Below, in pieces: positions 59,950-64,000 of a stretch of DNA of 64,000 nucleotides. Position 1 is the stretch's first letter. Every line of letters starts with the position of its first letter. Source of the stretch: Tubiluchus corallicola (taxonomy: Eukaryota > Animalia > Priapulida); contig JAQGDQ010002377.1 in the NCBI GenBank assembly GCA_030141605.1, positions 186,001 to 250,000 on the forward strand, given 5' to 3'. The translations under genes were made by a program, and so were the position numbers. The notes beneath the pieces are model-generated. The model saw only the letters and a program-made list of their open reading frames with translations, was not told the origin of the DNA and did no database searches.

Positions 59950-62724
59950 TCTCTCCCGACCACCGCTCCACAGCTTCTGGCCGTGACTTTTCACAAACCA
60001 GTATAATTTTGACGCTCTTGATGAAATTATAGTGCTAGAAATTAGTTTTCAGTCTGAATGTGTGCCATTCATGGCAAGACAAAACGCCTTTATACTGGTG
60101 TGACTGAGACAGGACTGTTATTCCGCTGCGGGCGTTTGCATTGCGCCCGGGGGGTGGAGGGGCGCAGCGCACCCACTTGCATGTAAAGGGTAATAGCACG
60201 GCCCGTAATGACGCCCACATAATGCTAGCATGTGCAACGGGCTAGTACCTGACGGCAAAGTAGGGACACTGTGAGCATTCACATACACTAAGTGCAGGCA
60301 TACAAATACAAATAACACGCAATTGCTAGAAATTATTCAACTGCAGCACCTAATTACTGGGATTCTTGCTTTGAATGCTTTTAATGTGAAACATTTCTAA
60401 GTTCCAACATGCTAGAAGCTTTAAGTCTGAAAGTCGCTTCAGCAAATTTTCTTGAATAAACTGAGCAGGTGAACGTACATCAGTATGCAAGCTTCAGGGA
60501 TATTAAAAATAAAAAATCTATCTATCTAACCAATGAAAAGTCACAATAGGATCGACCAGAGAGCAGCTAGTCCAAGGTCTGTACTAAAAGGCGGCAGGCA
60601 AACTAACGTCTATCAAATACCAAAAAGAAAGAAATCTGTTAATAAAAATTAAAGACAATTTCCATTTTCCAATCACCCGAATACTTATTAAGAATAACGA
60701 CTGGGCTGCTTCAAGGAGATAGCCTGCCCCACCCCGCCTCAAGGATAATAAGCAGAACTTGTGTAATCAGTGCTAAACTGTGCAGCGTCTATCTTCATCT
60801 AGTAAATCTGGCACTAAAGACATATTGAGAACAACTCAGCAAAGTTTTTCTCCTATCAAGATGTTCCACGCCAGTAAGATGCGCTCAAGGCCGCTCTGCG
60901 CCGACAAGGCAAGCTGTGTTTCTCGACCACAGCCAGGGCACTTAATTGCCTGTATAATATGCTGTAATACAATAAAAACTGTCATAATAACACAAAGCAG
61001 CGTTTTCGCATACAATACTCGCTTGTTTTGAGCGCCGTTTTTATGCAAAGTAAACAGTTTAATGCAGAGAACGGCCGCCTGATCAGATGTCAATCACTCA
61101 CGCACGCATATGCGTGAGAAAACTCTCAGCGGACTGTGCGCTTGTGAGCATTGAGCACGCAGTAAATGAAAATCATTCTCAGCATGCGTGCACGGTCAAA
61201 TTGCAAATTGAAAAACCGTTCACACTAGTAACCAATCTTCATTAAAGCTAACATTAATCGATTTATTAATTAATTAATTAACTGTGCGCGATAAGTTGAC
61301 TAACACATCTTGCCTGCGTGGCATTAATTGAACTATATATATTACGTAATAAATATATGCATTACTAAGTTATAATTACTGTTGTCACCATAAACTAGTA
61401 CCAATAATATAAAAGTTATGTGTGACTAGTGCAAACGTGATTGAAAGCAAACAAAGACAACGACAACAACAAACATTAGCCAGTGCATGGACATTAAGAG
61501 AGATCGTATCTTAGAGCCAACTGTTAATTTTTTAGTTTTTTAATAGGCTAGCTATTAGACATTTATAGCTTATTATGATTAGACAAACGATTATGATTAA
61601 CAATTGTTTAAAATGACATTATATTTAACAAATTCGTATAATTGAAATTATTAATTACATGCATACAGTATCCCGAACATGTAAGAGCTGCGACTAAGTT
61701 TTTTTTCACTGCTAGTTCCAATTGTCTGATAAAACAACAATTATTTTTAATTAATAGCCTTGAGTAACAACATAAAAGTAAAATACCGATTAAAAATTAA
61801 TTAGCAAATTTAGTTTATTTGAATAATGAAAATGTGATTACTTCATATTGGAAACCAAATATCTGTATGAAAAGTAGCAACTGAAAACAACAGCCTGGAC
61901 AACTTCACTTAAAGATTCGCAAAATAAAATTAAACTACCGACGATAATGCTCACTCATTCAATGTCAAGTTTTCAAAAAAAAGAACAACAATAACAACGT
62001 CTTTATAAATTATTCACTTACAATGTCAATGACAGCTTGGATTGTAACCAACACTGAACATACAAAAAACATCACAACTACGCAACGCGTCGGACATTTT
62101 AGTTACATACGTAATTTTGACAAGAGGCAGCAGGTCTGCTTGCAGAAAAAGTGAAATTAGGTAAGGGGGTCATGCAACTCAACACGCCTTTATGGGTATT
62201 TGTCGATAACCGCGAACAATCAAAACGCAGGCAGTTGTCATTCACAAAATCAATTCCTATATCAATAGGATCTGATCACAGCAAACTGTAATCTGCTAAA
62301 TTTCGTGGATGAATAAAAAGTACAACGCATTAGTTAGGGCAGAATGTTCGTAACAGTTTGCAAGTTACGTGTATTGTTATTTAATGCAACAAATCAAGCA
62401 CTCATTTAATCAATTAGTGAATAATCAATTCTAATCACTAACAGCTGTCATTCCTGGCTACCATAAATTTGTATATTTAAAAAACTGTATTCGCTTTCAC
62501 AGATTTATAAGATTATTAGATCCACATAATTACATACATTTGAACAACAATGATACTGTATAATTAAATCAGAGCTTTAAAAAGCAAGTATGTAAGTGAG
62601 GTACTTGAGAAGTAAACATACTTGTGTAAAGCATTGTGGATATGTGAAGAAAGGAAGAAAAAGTATGAAAAAACATTGAAAGCATAGGCAAGAAAGCAGA
62701 TGAAGATAGATAGAGAGACACACA

Positions 62725-62781
62725 GAGTTAAAAACAGTACTGTGAGTTAAAAACAGTACTGTGAGTTAAAAACAGTATTGT
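62725..62781. repeat. 19-bp tandem repeat x3 (GAGTTAAAAACAGTACTGT)
   Basis: Directly visible; the third copy has one mismatch. Confidence 0.9.
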
Positions 62782-64000
62782 GAAACTCTACCTATTTACA
62801 TTGTTTATGTATTTTGACATAGTATATTACTAATTCATTAGCATTTAAAAATTTATTCAATTTTTTTTTTGTATATTGTGCGAGTGTGTTATAATAAGGC
62901 TAACGTTGCATACTTTTCTGCACTAGTTCACTAACGTGACTGTATTGTTTGTGCTAAACATATACGAATAAATGGTAAATAAAAACATGTATACACAATC
63001 AATGTGCTAACATCAGTTCAACAAAACATAAGATTCACATACAAGATCACTAGACATTAAAAAAATTGTGATCATGCAAGATAAACAAGCAACCGAATGC
63101 TTCAAAGTTTGAAAATGGTATTTTATTATGAAAAAACTTTAGCAAATTTTGAATTAAAAAAGTACCAAAAACTAATATATGTTAGTACATATACACATTT
63201 TAATATATCACATCCATTGCAGGGCTTATGAACTCAAGAATGGCATAGTTAAATATATATCCAACATGGTTTTGGAAATGTTAAAAAATGAACTCTGACA
63301 TATCATAATCTAGCACAAAACATTTTAACCTCTGCATTAAGCGGGGTTAAATATTTCTAGATTTTAGCTCGAGGGCAAAACCCAATTACCTGACAAAGGC
63401 ACACGTGCTTTGTGTACAACTTGTGTCACTTTCTCCTAAAGCTGAGCAAAAGTCTCATACTTATCAATTTTGTAATGTTCACGAATAAAATAATCAGAAT
63501 AATTTAAATTCTTCTTAAAAATGAAATTTCTGCTATTTTTGCAAGTAGAAAAAATATTGTTGTGTCAGGTGGTGCAAAAAAGTGCGAATTTTTGATTACA
63601 ATATTATCGTAAGAAAATAACATAGCACAGCATGTTTGCAGCACAACAAATGTGAAAAGCAATACGAAACTATGTATGTCTCGCGGTAATCACAAAAACA
63701 TACAAACGCACAGTTCTCATAAAGACATTTAGACTGAGGATAGCAAAGTGACCAAAGGCCACCAGTTTATTCTGCCTTGAGCACCAAACAGGCCGAAACA
63801 GCCCATGTTAAATACCAAAATTAATATACTGTGCATTCACTGCACTGTTAACATAAGCATTTTTTTAAACAAAAGCAAATTTATATAGCACATTTTAACA
63901 AAAGAGTGAAATAGTGATTATAAACACGTGATAAATATTCCGACTAAAATTATGCACCTTCAAAAATGGGGGAGATGAAATTGGTGAACGTGAAATTCAA

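Noticed and set aside
62725-62781. Repeat array as possible CRISPR
   Set aside because: Head-to-tail repeats without spacers, in a eukaryotic context with no cas genes.

Overview
AT-rich, intron-containing eukaryotic genomic DNA, most consistent with an invertebrate bilaterian; it is not prokaryotic. Five protein-coding genes can be reconstructed by hand from splice signals and translation. (1) The 3' part of a CBP/p300 acetyltransferase gene (+, 21 exons, 2557-16138; bromodomain-RING/PHD-HAT-ZZ-TAZ2-NCBD; one probable GC-AG intron). (2) A complete 7-exon PRPS1/2-type ribose-phosphate pyrophosphokinase (-, 20465-27948). (3) An unrecognised 3-exon gene (-, 29672-31623, 271 aa) whose architecture suggests a membrane-anchored long-chain four-helix (IL-6/CNTF/Unpaired-like) cytokine; this is the most interesting item in the window. 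(4) PSMD1/Rpn2 with an intronless 3-kb CDS and a 5'UTR intron, a retrogene-like layout (+, 42787-45798). (5) FBXW7/archipelago (-, 47989-54994, plus candidate alternative 5' exons). Introns and intergenic DNA carry Tigger/pogo and hAT-Charlie MITEs, an RTE LINE fragment, a solo LTR, short duplications and microsatellites. All coordinates were counted by eye and may be off by a base or two.
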